Positions 12,301-27,300 of a stretch of 64,000 bases of DNA are shown piece by piece; the stretch's first letter is position 1, and each line of letters opens with the position of its first letter. The notes beneath the pieces are model-generated. The model searched no databases. It saw only the letters and a program-made list of their open reading frames with translations, and was not told the origin of the DNA. The position numbers were made by a program, and so were the translations under genes. The stretch is from Phoronis australis. Taxonomy: Eukaryota; Animalia; Phoronida. The DNA lies in NCBI GenBank assembly GCA_002633005.1, contig NMRA01000360.1, forward strand, positions 251,065-315,064, in the 5' to 3' direction.

Positions 12301-15300
12301 CATTATGAGTGAATGTTGAAATGTCGAACATGGTTAAGCCATGTATAGGTTATATTCACCGAAAACCAGTTTTCACGGAATAATTAACAGAATTAAAGAC
12401 CTTGAGATCTTCAGGTCTCACAACTTTATCGGCTTTTTCTCGGCTTCAAAAAAAACGACTTAATTTGAACTTAGGAACACAAGTTCTCGAAAACGGCCCT
12501 GGATTGCGCTTAAACCTTTCCAGACTTAATATTTTTTTATCAATCTCAAAAATGAGTTTAGGATTTTCGATATAAAGGCCTAGTTTTTGCGTAATGTGTC
12601 AAAGATGAGTACGACTGCTGTTTTTTAATTAAAGTTAAAACTTAACTCCCTCTGCGTTGGTAAGAAATGTAACTATTGACACACTGAATGAAACCAGTTA
12701 ACTTCTCCTTAAAATCGCTTAAAATGTTCACGCCACATAATATTTGAATGACTGATTGTTTTTCATGACAAAAAGTTAGAATATGAAATGAGTCAGTCGA
12801 ACTGGAAATATTTTGTCTCCTTAGCAACAAATCGAGTTATTTATTCACGAACAATTCTAAGTGGGCTCGTCAAACTTTCTGTTATATTGTCTCACTAATC
12901 ACTGCAAATATGACAGAATGAGACTCGGGGGGAAATACATTTGTTGAGAATCGACATTTGCGCCATTTAACCTTAATGCGTGCTTATACCAAAACACTAT
13001 TGATTTTTGTCTTGTTAACATTAAAGACGGAATCAATTATGGCACCCATGGTTATATTCCTGTTTCCGTAAAGAATTGTTGACATTCATGAGACTGGTAG
13101 ATATTGTATGTTCCTGTCATGTTCCGCAGTTGTCTGTCTAATTCAATGTTCTTGGTTACCATTGATTTTTTTACTGAGTACTACAGTAAAAGAAAGAAAC
13201 CGCAACCAGCTGTGCTAGTGAGATTGGCGTTGCCGGTGGACTACCGGAGCCCTCTTTGGGGCACCATACTTCAAGTGTTGTGCATGTAATGCAGTAATAC
13301 AGCTACATTATACACAAACTGGTTGCATACTGTCTGCGGATAGGTTCCTCATCTGCTAATGACTATTATTGCCGCAAAATTTCACAATGGCTTAACCACC
13401 TTACAAACTTCATAATTCCATTTCATTGTGATCCATGATGGAAGGCTACCCTGGCTACGAATTTGGCTACTATCCATTCATCCTGACAGGGAGCAGCTGA
13501 TTTTCTGAATTCTCTATCCTGTCAGATGGCGACCAAGTCTTCTGTGGACAAGTGTTCACTGCCACCTTCAGATCCATGTAATACTGTACAGGAGGTTTCA
13601 ACCTGGTGTTATAAACAACATTTTAAGCTTTTCCTTCTGTCACACTGCTGGCAAATTTCTGGTGGGTTTTAATACTAATGGCTTAGGTGAAAAGGCAAAC
13701 CTCTTGAAATATCTTTGGATGATGGACACCATGTTTCATACATCTCCCGCTGCAGCAACAAAGAACACATGGCTGTAAAGTCACTCGGCTGCAACTGATA
13801 AAAGGAGAGAATTTCAATTCTAGCTGATGTCAAAGACCTCAGTGAACCATTCTAAGTCAATTTGTCTAAAAACTTTTGGTGTCATGTACTACACAGGTTT
13901 TTAAACTTTTTAATATTCGAAAATTTTAGTTTTAGACATAATTAACATGTTGACCGTTTGTAGGTTTTTGCAAAACAGACCATGTCATTGAGTGTTCAAA
14001 CTAAAATCAAGGTTATGTGAAAACTGGATATAGTTTATTTCCACGTTTTTCATTTGTCTATGCAGTAATTTTTTATAACCACATGTTGTTCCTCATTCCA
14101 TGTGGGCTGGTACATTTTTTGTTTATGTGACCATAGGGTCCCTTATTCCAAAGGCATGCACGAGCTTATAATTGGTGTAATTGAAGGGTGAAAAATGCCT
14201 TTTCCAAACATAGACTCCGGGTCTTACTGTAAGAAATTCCTGGTATGGCTTATGTACACAGAATTTCAGAAGATTTTGATTTTTAGTACAAAGTTGGTTG
14301 TTTTGGCTTTGCTTCATGGCCGCTGTGTGTGATAAATTAAGTTCTCAAGTTTTTACATATTTCGTGGTTCCCAATTATCATAAAGAGAACAAAAGGCCAT
14401 CTTTTTGAAACTCACATGAAATAAAAAGGTACAATGCTCATCGATATTACTAGGAAAAAGAAGAAATCATTTTGCATTTCCTAAGTACATGCATTTAATT
14501 ATGCCCGCTAACCATGTGAAAAAGTGTCTCCTTTTTGTTGGAATAAATTGTTTCCTTGAAATACTCGGAATATAAACATAGAATGCGCGTAGGAACCCTC
14601 AGGTATCACTGTGTTATTTTGTGATTGAAGATCAATATGTTTGTCTATGTTTCTTATTTTGTACACGTTTCCTTTCATAAAGATAACATAAAGACACATC
14701 GATTGAATGGGAACAATGTAGGTATACAGTTTGTATCAAAGGAGTGTGAGCGATACAATTACAGTTGTCTTGGAGGCATTTTTGTAGCTTTTCTATGTCT
14801 AAGCACCTATTTAGTTTCTTGTTTACAGCCTTTAAAGCCCATCTCTGGCAATTGTAAATTTCAACCTTAATTAAATTTGCAGTGAGCATTTTAACTGTAA
14901 AATCTCACTTACTCAGGCTGAAAATGCCTGTTGTGAATGCCCACAATGTTGTCTGTTATTTTTTTATGTTACAGAAGTTGAACACGGTGAAGCATTTCTT
15001 AGGAGCTACTTATTTTTCACGGAAAATACGAGATAATAAAAATGTCAGCCATAATTGTGTCCGCATGTTGCCGTAATGATTACATCAAGCTTAGAACAAA
15101 ATGTTTTGCTTACATACTTCACTTCTGCTATCAGCTTTTTTAAGTTGCTCAACGATGGTAAACTTATATAAGTGCGGTGTGCTTTAAACATGTAGTAATC
15201 CTGGACTTTCATTTTGGCACTCTCTAGTAATGAGAGTGCAAAAGTTACTTCCGCCTCATCCCGACTCAGATTCGGTGGACAGAAATTCAATAGTGGTTCG

Positions 15301-18300
15301 TTAACTTTTAAAAAATCCCTTCCCATTTTTTGATTAAGTCAAGTTCGCTTATTTTTTTTAGCTTTTTGATATCGCAGACGAAATTCTTGCGCTTTATCAG
15401 CAGTCGACTGCAAAGTTGCGTGTTTGTCTTGGCAGTGTGTAATGTATACAACATGACATTCATCCATGGATATTTCAAGAGGTTTGTTTTTTCCGTAGTC
15501 CATTAGCATACCCCACCACACAGCAGTGGAAATTTGCCAGCATATTGTAATGGCACGTCAGCATTGCATGAGATCTGCAGGTGGCGCTGATCACCATCTG
15601 GCAGGATGATTAATTTCATTTTGGCAAACCTGTTTGAAAAATCAGCTGTTTTAACTGATTTTCTGTCCTTGTGATAAAATCACTAAAATTTAGCCGAATG
15701 TGTATTGACCGTTTACCGACAAGCCCTTATTTGGTCATTGCTGGGCTGTGTTGTGTAGTCAAAGTTTCTTGTTAGTGAAGAGAAATCACACATGATCACA
15801 TAAAACCATGAATGTGTGTGTAGTGGGAGAGTTTCATGAGCATGTTCGATACCATATGCAATTATAGGATTAAATTGATTGATTATAAGATAGAAATCGC
15901 TGTTTTTGTTCCGTGAGCGTATGTTTCTCACTGCGAGTTCATGGCGGTTGTTTTGGGTCTATGGGTGCAGCCCTGAACCCAACTAAAAGTTCATCAAAAT
16001 GCATTGTGGGAACTCAACTAAAGGGTGTGTGAACTTAATGTTCACCAAAATGCATTGTATGGATGTACCGTCTTAAAAGTGCAAGAATTTATTGTGCAAA
16101 ATAATTGCATAGCTATCAGCAGCTGGTATCTTTTGTAATATCATTGTCTGTAATTTTCAACAATCTGGCAGTGGAAATAATTACGGTAAAAATTCTTCAA
16201 TTTGGGATAAAAATAATTGCTAAAATTGCTGTATTTCTATTTTCAGAAGCTTGTCACATTGTTATAAATGCTCTTGATATTTCCAAATGTTGTTTGGTGA
16301 TAGCTGCACGACAACATACAAACCATGCTGAAAGCAAAGTAAATTTTCCTGAAATGGTATTTTTGTTGACTAATTTAACAATATTACATTTCGATTGCTT
16401 GCCGTATTGTTTCCCAAACTGAAGAATTTTCACCATACATTGTCACACTTCTTAATTCCATCAATGTCCTAAACCCTAGTCCTGGTTTAGCGAACAACAA
16501 CCCCATGGTAAACATTTCAGACCCACACTTTGTAACTCCACCGACCAACTCCATACCCAGGAACCAAATTAAGTTGCGGACCCCAGAGTTCAGGTGAGGA
16601 ATAAAGTCGTCCAGAATGGAGTGTGGTCCCAAGGTATAGGGCATTTTCAGCACGTTTTTTTAGGGGTGTGGGTCTGGGATTTGTACCACGGGCTTGGTGT
16701 TTGCTGATCAGAACCTGGGGTTTACGGTATCACTATAGGTGCAATTATGAGGTGTGGCAATGGAATCGTTTTCACTGCCTGACACTGTACTTATCACTGT
16801 TACCCCATGTTATTTTGACAGGCGTAAATTTAGCAGTGACCCAATTAAATATTTGTTCTCTTAAAACTGACTGAAACGATGGCGAATATTTGTCTTATTA
16901 ATTTTGTATTTTTAATTTCATGTCTCAAGATTTTCTTCCTTAATAGCGGGGCAGATAGTGGAAAAATCATGCATTTGATGATACAAGCACCAAAATTGGC
17001 ATGGTGACATCCTAAGGTATACNCATCTTGAAAAATGGCCGCCATCTTGGTTTTTCAGTTGGCTAGTCGGACAGATTTTTTAAGTATGCTATTATGAGTC
17101 ATCATGGAAAATTTGGTGCTTGTATCATCATTTGCACAATTCTGGTGCATATTTGCACTTATCTGCCCAGCTATAATTGGTCATTCTACACTGTATGGCA
17201 TTTTCTCAGGTCCACTGCTGTTCATCAGTTCCTAAGTCTGTATTATTTCATTGGCAATTAGCCCTCAACCTCACCTAGTTGGTGTCATGCTTGATGTCAA
17301 TACCTGGTAACAAACTCCAGTGTTGCCAAAATAATACTGTATGTATTGGATTGTGGATTGTTACGGAAGAGTTCACTCTACTTGAGGGGACATCAGGTTG
17401 TGTGCATTGTACTGTTATGGGCAGGGAAATGGTTGGTCTGTCAGTGCCTAAAATTGATGATTACACTTCATTCGATACGCCTAATATAAGTGGAGTTTCA
17501 TATGTGAAATCTGAGAATCATTTAATTGTGAGAAATTAAATTCAGGGTAAAGTTAACTTCTAAAGCTGTTAAATTGCATCCCCTGGCAATGCTTATTTTT
17601 GTATCATTATAAGCGCTAACAATTGCGAAATAAACTGTTTGGAATGCGGCCCAGTGTGTCATATATTGCCACTGGAAATTATTTCTAATAATCCAAGAAG
17701 CTGATTATGGAACACTGTTATTAAACCTTGGGCATTTAATTTACGGTGATAAACTGAATTTATATGCTTAGTTTGGTTCTTTTTTGTAAGAAAATATCAC
17801 CGTTTGATGTTGGTGAAATATTAAAAAGCTTTTAAGAGCCAAGTCTATAGTTTAGCCTCTTCGTATTGTACCAGGGGCATGTTGTCTATGAACACGATTT
17901 TTGATGAAAAAACAAGTTTTCCAAATGGTCATTTCTGATATCGGTTTTCACTAATTTATAGTATTTCCACAAATCACTTCTCACTTCTGTTGGTCATCCA
18001 GTTGAAGGAGCTCTAACAAAAAAGCTTAACATTATATTTTTCTTAATAAAAGTTGCTGAGAACAAGTTAAAATCTATTGATAGATAAATGCTGATTAGTT
18101 GTTGATCAAATGAAATTATCGAAACCTGTATGATCATCTGTGAAATTGTCATCATTTCTAAATATTTCAGTCGTAATTTGTACTCACTAGTGACATGAAT
18201 CTAGAACCAGGCCATATTAAATCACTTCATCTTTGCTCTCTGTTGACACAAATTTGCTGTGCACTTGGGGGTTGTCAGGTTTATGTTTGTGCAGCATGAA

Positions 18301-21300
18301 TGTTGAATGGAGTTTGGCCATTGTTGCCCTGGGAGTGTTGCTTTCACTGTGTTTGTGTTTGAAATATGTTACTTGATATGACCTTAATCTTAGGTGCTTT
18401 GTAAGGATCTAAGTCTTTTTCGAGTTTTTATTTTATCAAGGCTTGTATTGTGAGATGTTTTCTGGTAAACGACCAGCGCAGAAGTGTCTGACCAGTCAAA
18501 ATCCAGCCTAACATCCCTTTTACGAAGTATACTATTATGGTTCAGTGTTAACTACTCCAGATGTTTGATATATATGCTATGAGAGCCAATGCCATTTCTG
18601 AATAGGGATAGAAATGTTAACATACATGTTTTGTTAAATGAGTTGCCAGTCGCCTGGAAATCTGGTGATAGGTCAAGCATCTCATGGGATGATACCCTAA
18701 TATTAGTGAGTCACTGGCATCACCTGTACTGTATAGATGTCATAACAACTAGTGTTCCTATAGTAATCAGCGTTTGAAAATTAAATGTCAATTTTGGTAA
18801 TTGTTTTGTGGAGAATTGTAATGTAAGTTAAGACAGTACTCATGACTAAATGAAAGTCATATGTGAGATATTTCGACCCGCAACCCGCCATCTTGATCAC
18901 TCTGGGTGGCGTTGTCCTCGTCTAGACGAGTTCAGTTAAGTTCAATTTTATGAGGTGGTTGTAAATCTGGGGAGTTGGTATCGTCCACCTTCTCTGTTCA
19001 GGTTGGATTTATATCGGGCTATCTGTATGGATTCACATATGATTTTCATTTTAGTCGTGAATACCACGACAGATTAGCTTTCATTAGTATAAAGTTGCGA
19101 ATTACCATACGGTACTTAAAATGCAAAATGCTAGCCTTCTTACCCAATACAATACCTGAAACAAGAAAAACCATCTATGTCAGTATTTAAGATATCGAAA
19201 TTCCCACCAAGGTTAAGAGCTCGTTTCGACTCACTTGCCAGTTGGGGAGCCCACTTAAACATCCACCACTGACTGAATGTTGTGCAGGTTTAGTAAACAA
19301 GTACTTTTCTGTGCGTAAAAAGTACTTATTCTATGGTAGATGCTGAATACTTATTCTCTGCATAGAAACTGTGGTTTTATGTAAAATAAGGAAATATTGC
19401 ACTCCGTGTACTCTATTTCGGCTTGCGTATAGTCATAGCAGGACAAGTCAAATCAGTGCATGCCGGGCCGATTTCTAAGTTTGTTGTTGATTTCTATCAA
19501 GTGAACATGTTAATGATGGTGCTATTGACTTTGTGAACAACAAGTCATAAGTTTCAAATTATAATGCGTGAAATTCAGTTTATTTTGACATGCTCGTTCA
19601 AAAATTTTGGAAGCAGCACTGACACTGATATAATTCAGAGGCTAGATATTCCAAAATAAGTTTTCTACAGTCCACAAATTATGTACAAGGTCCAAAACTG
19701 TTTTTTTAATGGTTCACAAATTTTGGACAATGTCATAATTATCGGGTTTCTGTCATACAAAGGGAAAAATGTGTTAGAAACTCTCAATTCAACAATGCAA
19801 CTCTCATGCCGCCAAAACGTTCAGTGGATGATTACTATGTAAGGCTTGTAACCAATAAGAATCTGTATCAGATGCTGTGTAATTTTTACCTGGCCTTAAC
19901 AATGATACACCAGTAACGAGATTGTTTCTTGTTTCTATCTTGGGGTATCTTGTGTTTGTGCTTTATCTAAGAAAAGAATCATAGAATCACTTACTTGATG
20001 ACTTTAATAGTGGACCTCTATCCTAACCCTAAAGCCACATTTACATGGGAGACAACTGTCATGGAGCAACCAACACAGAACAGCTGATCGGGTGCAAGTG
20101 TGTGTGTGTGTAGACAACAACTGACACGGAGCACCTTGACATCGTGGCAATGACAACTCGCACTGCGACAACTGTTCCCGTGTAAAAACAGCTTTAGACT
20201 CCAAAGGCACCTACTAACCACAACAGGTTAATAGGAGTCACTAAATGACGTAGTTCTACGCAATTCAAGAATTATGAGAAGCCTTTCTGGTCCTGTGCCT
20301 GTAGTAATTGGTTGAACATAGTTCAGTATGCTTACATACACACACATATGTAGGTATATGTAGCGTGTCATTCTTCTATCTTTGAGTGACTACCGGTATT
20401 GTTACATGTAGGATAACAAAATCGACGCGTAGAAAATAACCATGTTTTTTTAACGCGGAAAATAACTCGTCACGAACCCTTTGGGGCGTCATAAGTTAGG
20501 GCCACTGGGTACACTAAATGTGGTATGTTGGGGTCTTGTTGAGCAATGACGTAAGTTATGTTCTTGAATTTTCAATGACGTCTCTTGTCAGTATTTATTG
20601 GGCCCATATGACAGTCTCAGTTATTTTATGGTTTCTGTTATCTTTACAAGTGTATTTTGTTTGTTTATACTCATAAAATACAATGAAGAATGATGTAGGG
20701 GCAATAAATACCTGATCTTTGAACTAAAAATTTTATGTGGTATAGTTTATTATGAACATTTAGTAGTGAGCCAGGCTAGATATTTACAGGTTTTTATTTT
20801 CTGTATTAACCAGGGATTATTATAGAAAAATGGCCACGTATTAATTGATATCAGTGCCTCAAATGCATGGGCCACGTTCTAGGACTTATCGGTCACATGA
20901 GCAATTTCTGTCCTTTGATTCCATGTTTGTTTTTTGTTTTTTTGGGGGTGTCATTTTAGTATGTGGGATATTAACAGTAGGCTAACTGCACTTTAATTAC
21001 ACCAAACACATTAATCTGCCTTTGGAATCTGTATTTTCACAGTACCCTAGACCAGACTGCATATTATTAACATTGTTTTGGTTACTGACATTTTAGTTTT
21101 GATCAGCCGCTCCACATTGTCATTGTGTTAGAATCTGAATGCAATGCATATTAATTATTTAAATACAAGGCGGGGTTGCAACACAATTTTCACCCACCAT
21201 GGTGACGCGTGACGCACTACTAAGCAACCGATGCTATGTTTACTTTTTACAAACATTACTTCTTTGTCCTTTTTCAGGTGATGTAAAATTAGTAAAACAA

Positions 21301-24300
21301 AAATTTCTTACATTTATTTAGCTGTATCATTAACTGATGCATTTGTTTCTGTTAATACGCAGGAGGAGGAGCTTAAATTAAGAAACTCAAAACGCTGATT
21401 GTGTGGTTAAACTGAATTTTGTATTAGCACACGTCTTAAGGGCATGTTGCCCAGGTGCAAGTTGAATTTCCTGGGTTCAATGTCCCCCCCCCCCAGTCAG
21501 CGCCACAGCAAACCTATTCAGTGTCAAGGCTGGAGTGATAGCCAGAAGCTGCTGTGCAGGTGTGTCCCAGGAGGAATGTTCTTATGTAAACTCAGCCATG
21601 CAAGCATGCAGATAACTAATTCCTGCTATCCTGGTGAAGTTGATCCTCAAGTACACATTGCACTGCTTTGGAGAGTTGACGCGCCGTGGTAGTTTTTAAA
21701 GTAAGAGGTTTGAGCTTTGTGCCACATTTGCACCAGATCATCCTACAGGGAGAGCCTTTTCTTTTTTGCTACAAAGTCAAGAAAGTTGGCAAATACTGTA
21801 AAATTGCTAAACATTGTTTTCTTCTTTTTTGCAGTTCACATTTGATTATTCATATTGGTAAGTATTTTGTTATTTTATTTCTATATACGAATATCATAAT
21901 TGTTTTGTATGCCGTGGGTGGTGCTTCTTGTACAATTCCACCTATGCAGAATTTCCGATTTCCCAAGTGCTAATTAATTATCTGTGTCTGTTATTTTAAG
22001 CCTGATATTAATGAACTGATATTTCTGTGAATAAGGAGTAAGACGCCTTCATATTCTTATAAACCCGTTACATTGTAGTTTTGACATTGTGTATCTGTTT
22101 CCATTGTCTGATATTTGGTCTTGTATAGGTATGGGAAAGGTACCCAAGGTTGTCCAGAGGCACCTCTGTTATCCCAAGCACTGAGCTTTTAATAATTGAA
22201 TTCCTGATAAAGCTCTTTATAGGTGTTGTATCTCAAGTGCTGTCCTACACTAATGTTTATAAATTGCTAAAATTCTTTTGGGTATAGTTTCTTATTTCTG
22301 TTACCTCTCATGTTATCATTGTGCAGGAGAATATTTACCAGATTATTGTATTTTTTTTCAAAACTAGGTCCCACGATGGTTTCGTTGAGCAAGAGTCTGA
22401 TGGAGTGTATGTGGCGACCAACTCCAAGTACGCGTCTCAGAGGGACGTGTTCAGCAATCTTGGTCAGGGTGTTCTTGACAATGCTTTCGCTGGTGAGTCG
22501 GCTAGTCGTCATGTTAATTGGTTTTAAGTTAAAACACATGCGTAGATAGACCATGGAAATTTCTAATTTCAGTGTTGCGTGTAAAACGACGGGGGCTTGA
22601 TTTGACAACTTGCAGCTCGCCAATGCAACCTTGGGCTGCAGAAGTAACATTTATGTTCTATGCGCTTACTTCACGTGGACTAAAGCAATGCCACCTACAA
22701 TTCGAGTGCCCTCTTTAGGCAGCACAATACAACACAGCATTGACTATACTCATGATGAGATGAAAGCTATTGCATCTTAATCTCTGAACATTTGTAACAA
22801 AGAGTCGCTGCTGAATTACAAACAACAGGCTCAATTCTCCTCAAACTAACGTTATGTCATCCCAACTACACCTGTGGCCTTGGTGTAATTGCATGTTTTG
22901 TGCGTCTTACCAGTTGGATTTAGTTTATGAGATAATGTATACTTTAATTACTATAGTTTACTACAATTAAGTTTTTTTAATTTTAATTCAATCATAACTT
23001 GCACCCTTTGGTGGCACTGCAAAAGATGATTGCTGTGCATTGTTGTTTAATACACAGTGCCTAGTTTTAGCATCAATTTTAACAACACAAACATGAAAGC
23101 ATGTGTGTTCCAAACATGCAGAGCTGTTTGTAGTTTGAACACAACACCTCGTTTTTCAAGCACAATGGCGACTTCGTGCAAGTAACAAATTGTTCAGGTG
23201 AAAGGGGTACTCATTTTTCTTCTACTATTCATGTATCCTGGATGTTTATTTGGAAAGATACAACTCGGTATATTTCGTTGCTTTTTAAGGCTACAACTGT
23301 TCGCTGTTTGCGTACGGCCAGACGGGTTCAGGGAAATCTTACTCCATGGTGGGCTATGGTAGTAACAAGTAAGTTATAATATGTGTTTGTGGTCACAGCT
23401 TCACATAGGTACACTAATACTTGGCTGCACATTTATCAAAATACATGAAAAATATTTTATGCCCGTTTTCATGTCATACCCTTTCAAATTTGAATAAGTA
23501 AAGTGAATGGAAAAGGTTTCATTAAAGCAATGGTTGTTCTAGAAACTTGGTAAATGTTAATTTAAGACACCGCTTACCGCCAAGAATAACACACATGCCA
23601 GTGGCGTAACATACGATGTGTACTTTCAGGGGAATTGTACCAATCACGTGCGATGAACTGTTTAAAACGATGAGTCAAGGATCTGAAGGAATTGTAAGTA
23701 GTTTGTTCCACCAATAGATGGCGATATGTGACTGTCAAAAGTGTTTCATACGTTCCCTCAAAATTGTGCCTATTTGCACATTGGTGTTTTGTTGCTGATT
23801 GAATATAATGAGGTCTCTTGATATGAGCCGGCTCATTATACCCACAAATATGTGGACGCATAATGAGCCAGCTCACTTTTATTTTCCCAGAGTTCAAAAT
23901 AACTTACCTCTGTACATAGTGTTCCTTGAGTCATCACTCGTACTTTGTCCACCCGAGAAATCAGATATTTAAATATCTTAATGACGCTAGTGTGATAAAA
24001 CTCATACAAAAAGAATTTCTACAGTGGTAAGAGGAAACAGACACTTATAGGGGTTCCGCGTTATGAGAACCAGTTTTTTCCTCTGAATAACAGCCATTAA
24101 ACTGGTTCTCAGAATCTCAGCTGGGACCCCTTGTTAGTGAATAGTGTCATGACAAGATACAAGGAAACATGTTTGAAAAAAGACCTGGATTTCTTGCTTA
24201 TATTATTTTTAGTATTCAATCATCCTATTATTGAGGATCAAGCTGGGTGTTAAATTCTAAATTTGGGATTTCATCTGCGGCACTGCTGAGGTTATTTTAA

Positions 24301-27300
24301 GGTACAAATAACTTGGTGATGTGAAAACAATATGGTAAAAAGACAAAAGTATTCACTAATCAGCAACAAGAATTGAATGCACAGATCCACTGCAACAGGC
24401 TTTTTGGTACGAGTTCGAGGTAACAGCTATGTTAGAAAATTAAAAGATTAAAAACGAGCTTTGAAATCCAGAGAATAATTAAATACCAGATGAACAAGAC
24501 AAGTCTTTTGCACAAAGTATTCTCGAGGCACGTGCCATCTGATATGCTGAAGTCAAATCTCACCACCCAATATGCAAATTATGAGTCTGGTTACACAACC
24601 CCAAGTTATCTATGATGTCACCGGATGTTTACAAGCCGACAGCTACTCTATAATTTATTCGAACCACAAAAGCGATGCCATAGACGAAATCCACTGAATT
24701 ATCATATTGTTTGTGGACAGAGCAGAGTTATGATTTTACTTTTTGGTTCTAATTCACACTCCCACCCGGTACAGTACACACTGAAAGTAATGGGACAAAA
24801 TCACCCAGAATTCTTCATCACGAAGGCTGAACACCACAGAATTCACCCTCGTAGTAGCCATCTGATTTGCCAGTCATGGTATGGTAGAGAATTGGCAATG
24901 TCAAGCTTACTTTTTGTCCTCTCAAAGTGGATTTGTGGTCCTGCCACAATGAAACTGACATCAAAATGTATTACGCTCAACCGCGCAAAAGTTTTTGCAA
25001 CTCTAATGTTCAAATGACACAATTTGTTGTTCTTTATTTAGTTACTGCATCACTCTCTTGCTATTGTAACAATCAAAGAAAGGCCAGACGTTGATCTCAA
25101 ACCATACTTGTGATGAACGCATGCACTAATAGCTCAGATTTTTAGTTTTATAAAGCGACGTTTTTAGAAGATGATGACAACATTGTTGAAGAAAAATTTG
25201 CTCAGAGCTTTGATTGTCTGGTATTAAATGCTCAAGCTATTAACGAACTGCAACCATTCGAGGTAACTTTTTGTAAACTGTGTGCAAAGTTGTGAAGAAA
25301 GAAATCTTTGGATTGAAAAATTGGCAAAAACAAATTCTCCAACAAATATCGCTCAATTTATTCAACAACTTAATAACAGATTAACTGCCTTGTTTTCACA
25401 CCAGTAATCAAGTTAATTTACCTGTGGAAAAGTTAAATTTTTGATGACGTTAATTGTTTGTCAGATTTTACTTTGTTCATTTTTTACCCAGATTGTCCCA
25501 GAGCTCTATATTTATACAGCTTTACAGCACCAAGACTGCCATACCATATAATCTCGAATAGTCGAGAAACTTGAGCATGAGAGGGTTTTGTGAATGGGTT
25601 TCTTTCAGAATGATGAGTCACCGTGGATCGTCATCCAACATTTTTTGGTGAACTCAGAATTCCCAGTCGTGATGGGGAAATGTTTTTTGGTCCTGTTGCT
25701 TTCGTTATGCACTGTAACCCGGAGACAATCTGGTGCTGGTTGTATTGGAGGGATTAGACAGTGGGTGTTTCTGGTTCGCCTAAATTGATAATTTAATAAT
25801 GTCTTTGTATTCTTTTCATGCAGGAGGTACTTAGGCCCATCAACATAGTTGCGCTGCTTGTAAACAATTCAACGAGCATAACACAAACATATGAAATTTG
25901 GGATACAAAATGCGAGTCATTTTTGTGCTTGCATCGCAGAATCGTTCAGTTGCCCGGTATTACAGTCTTAGACTGTTTCTCAAACAGCTGCGGCAGTTAC
26001 AGAACGATTTTATATGTTTCTTTTTCTTTAGTCTTTCGCAAAGTGGGTAAACCAGCTAACTACTACATATTGAAACAAAAACTGTTTCGTTGAAGTTATT
26101 TTGTTACCTGAAACAATAAATATATCGAATCTTCTGTATGCTCGTTGAATTGAACACAGTGACGGTTTTCGTAAGTTGGGTTTATTTGTTATCCTTTAGA
26201 GTGGATCTTGAATTCCTGTTTCAACATTTTCATGTGCATAACAAACCCCCCCCTAAAACTCAAATGTTTGAAGCCCAGTTTTACCTATTAAAAGCTTCCT
26301 TAATCTTGCTATATTAAAAGTGCTCCATGCTTTGTTAGTAAATAGAGCAATACTCTAATTCCCTTGGTTTGAAGATGGGGTTTACCATTTCATTTATGCA
26401 TGCGCATTGCAAAGTATTAATATAAGCATACCTAACATTACTTCTTCTATGGTTAATATGCTGTCAGAAATGTCAGCTTTTTGGTTTTGGTATCTCATGG
26501 CATGACCTTTAACCCGGTTGTCATTTGCATGCTGGTGTCTGACTTGACGTGGATTTGTATGTGCATTATGTCGTTAGTGCGTGTTCTTCACTATAGGTTC
26601 AGGCTGTAAGCATGATCTAGTCGAAAAACCTTTCGTGTTCTGTGTACTGATTCACAAGGTGGTGAGATAAGAGAACCTAGGAACTTGAAATTCACCAAGT
26701 GGTGCCACTGAAANTTTAGAAGATGATGACAACATTGTTGAAGAAAATTTTGCTCAGCACTTTGATTGGCTGGTATTAAATGCTCAAGCTATTAACAAAC
26801 TGTAACCATTCGAGGTAACTTTTTGTAAACTTTGTGCAAAGTTGTGAAGAAAGAACTCTTTGGATTGAAGAATTGGCATAAACAGAAATTCTCCAACAAA
26901 TATCGATCAATTTATTCAACAACTTAGTAACAGATTAACTGCCTTGTTTTCACACCAGTAATCAAGTTAATTTACCTATGGAAAAGTTAAATTTTTGATG
27001 ACGTTAATTGTGCGTCAGATTTTACTTCATTCATTTTTTACCCAGATTGTCCCAGAGCTCTAAATTTATACAGCTTTACAGCACCAAGACTGCCATCCCA
27101 TATAATCTCGAATAGTCGAGAACTTAATAAGCACGAGAGGGTTTTGTGAATGGGTTTCGGTCAGAATGATGAGTCACCGTGGATCGTCATCCAACATTTT
27201 TGGTGAACTCAGAATTCCCAGTCGTGGTGGGGAAATGTTTTTTGGTCCTGTTGCTTTTGTTATGCACTGTAACCCGGAGACAATCTGGTGCTGGTTGTAT

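Noticed and set aside
13640-13860. Minus-strand SVAAE*LYS resembling the hAT dimerisation motif
   Set aside because: Only a few residues match, the flanks do not fit and there are multiple stops
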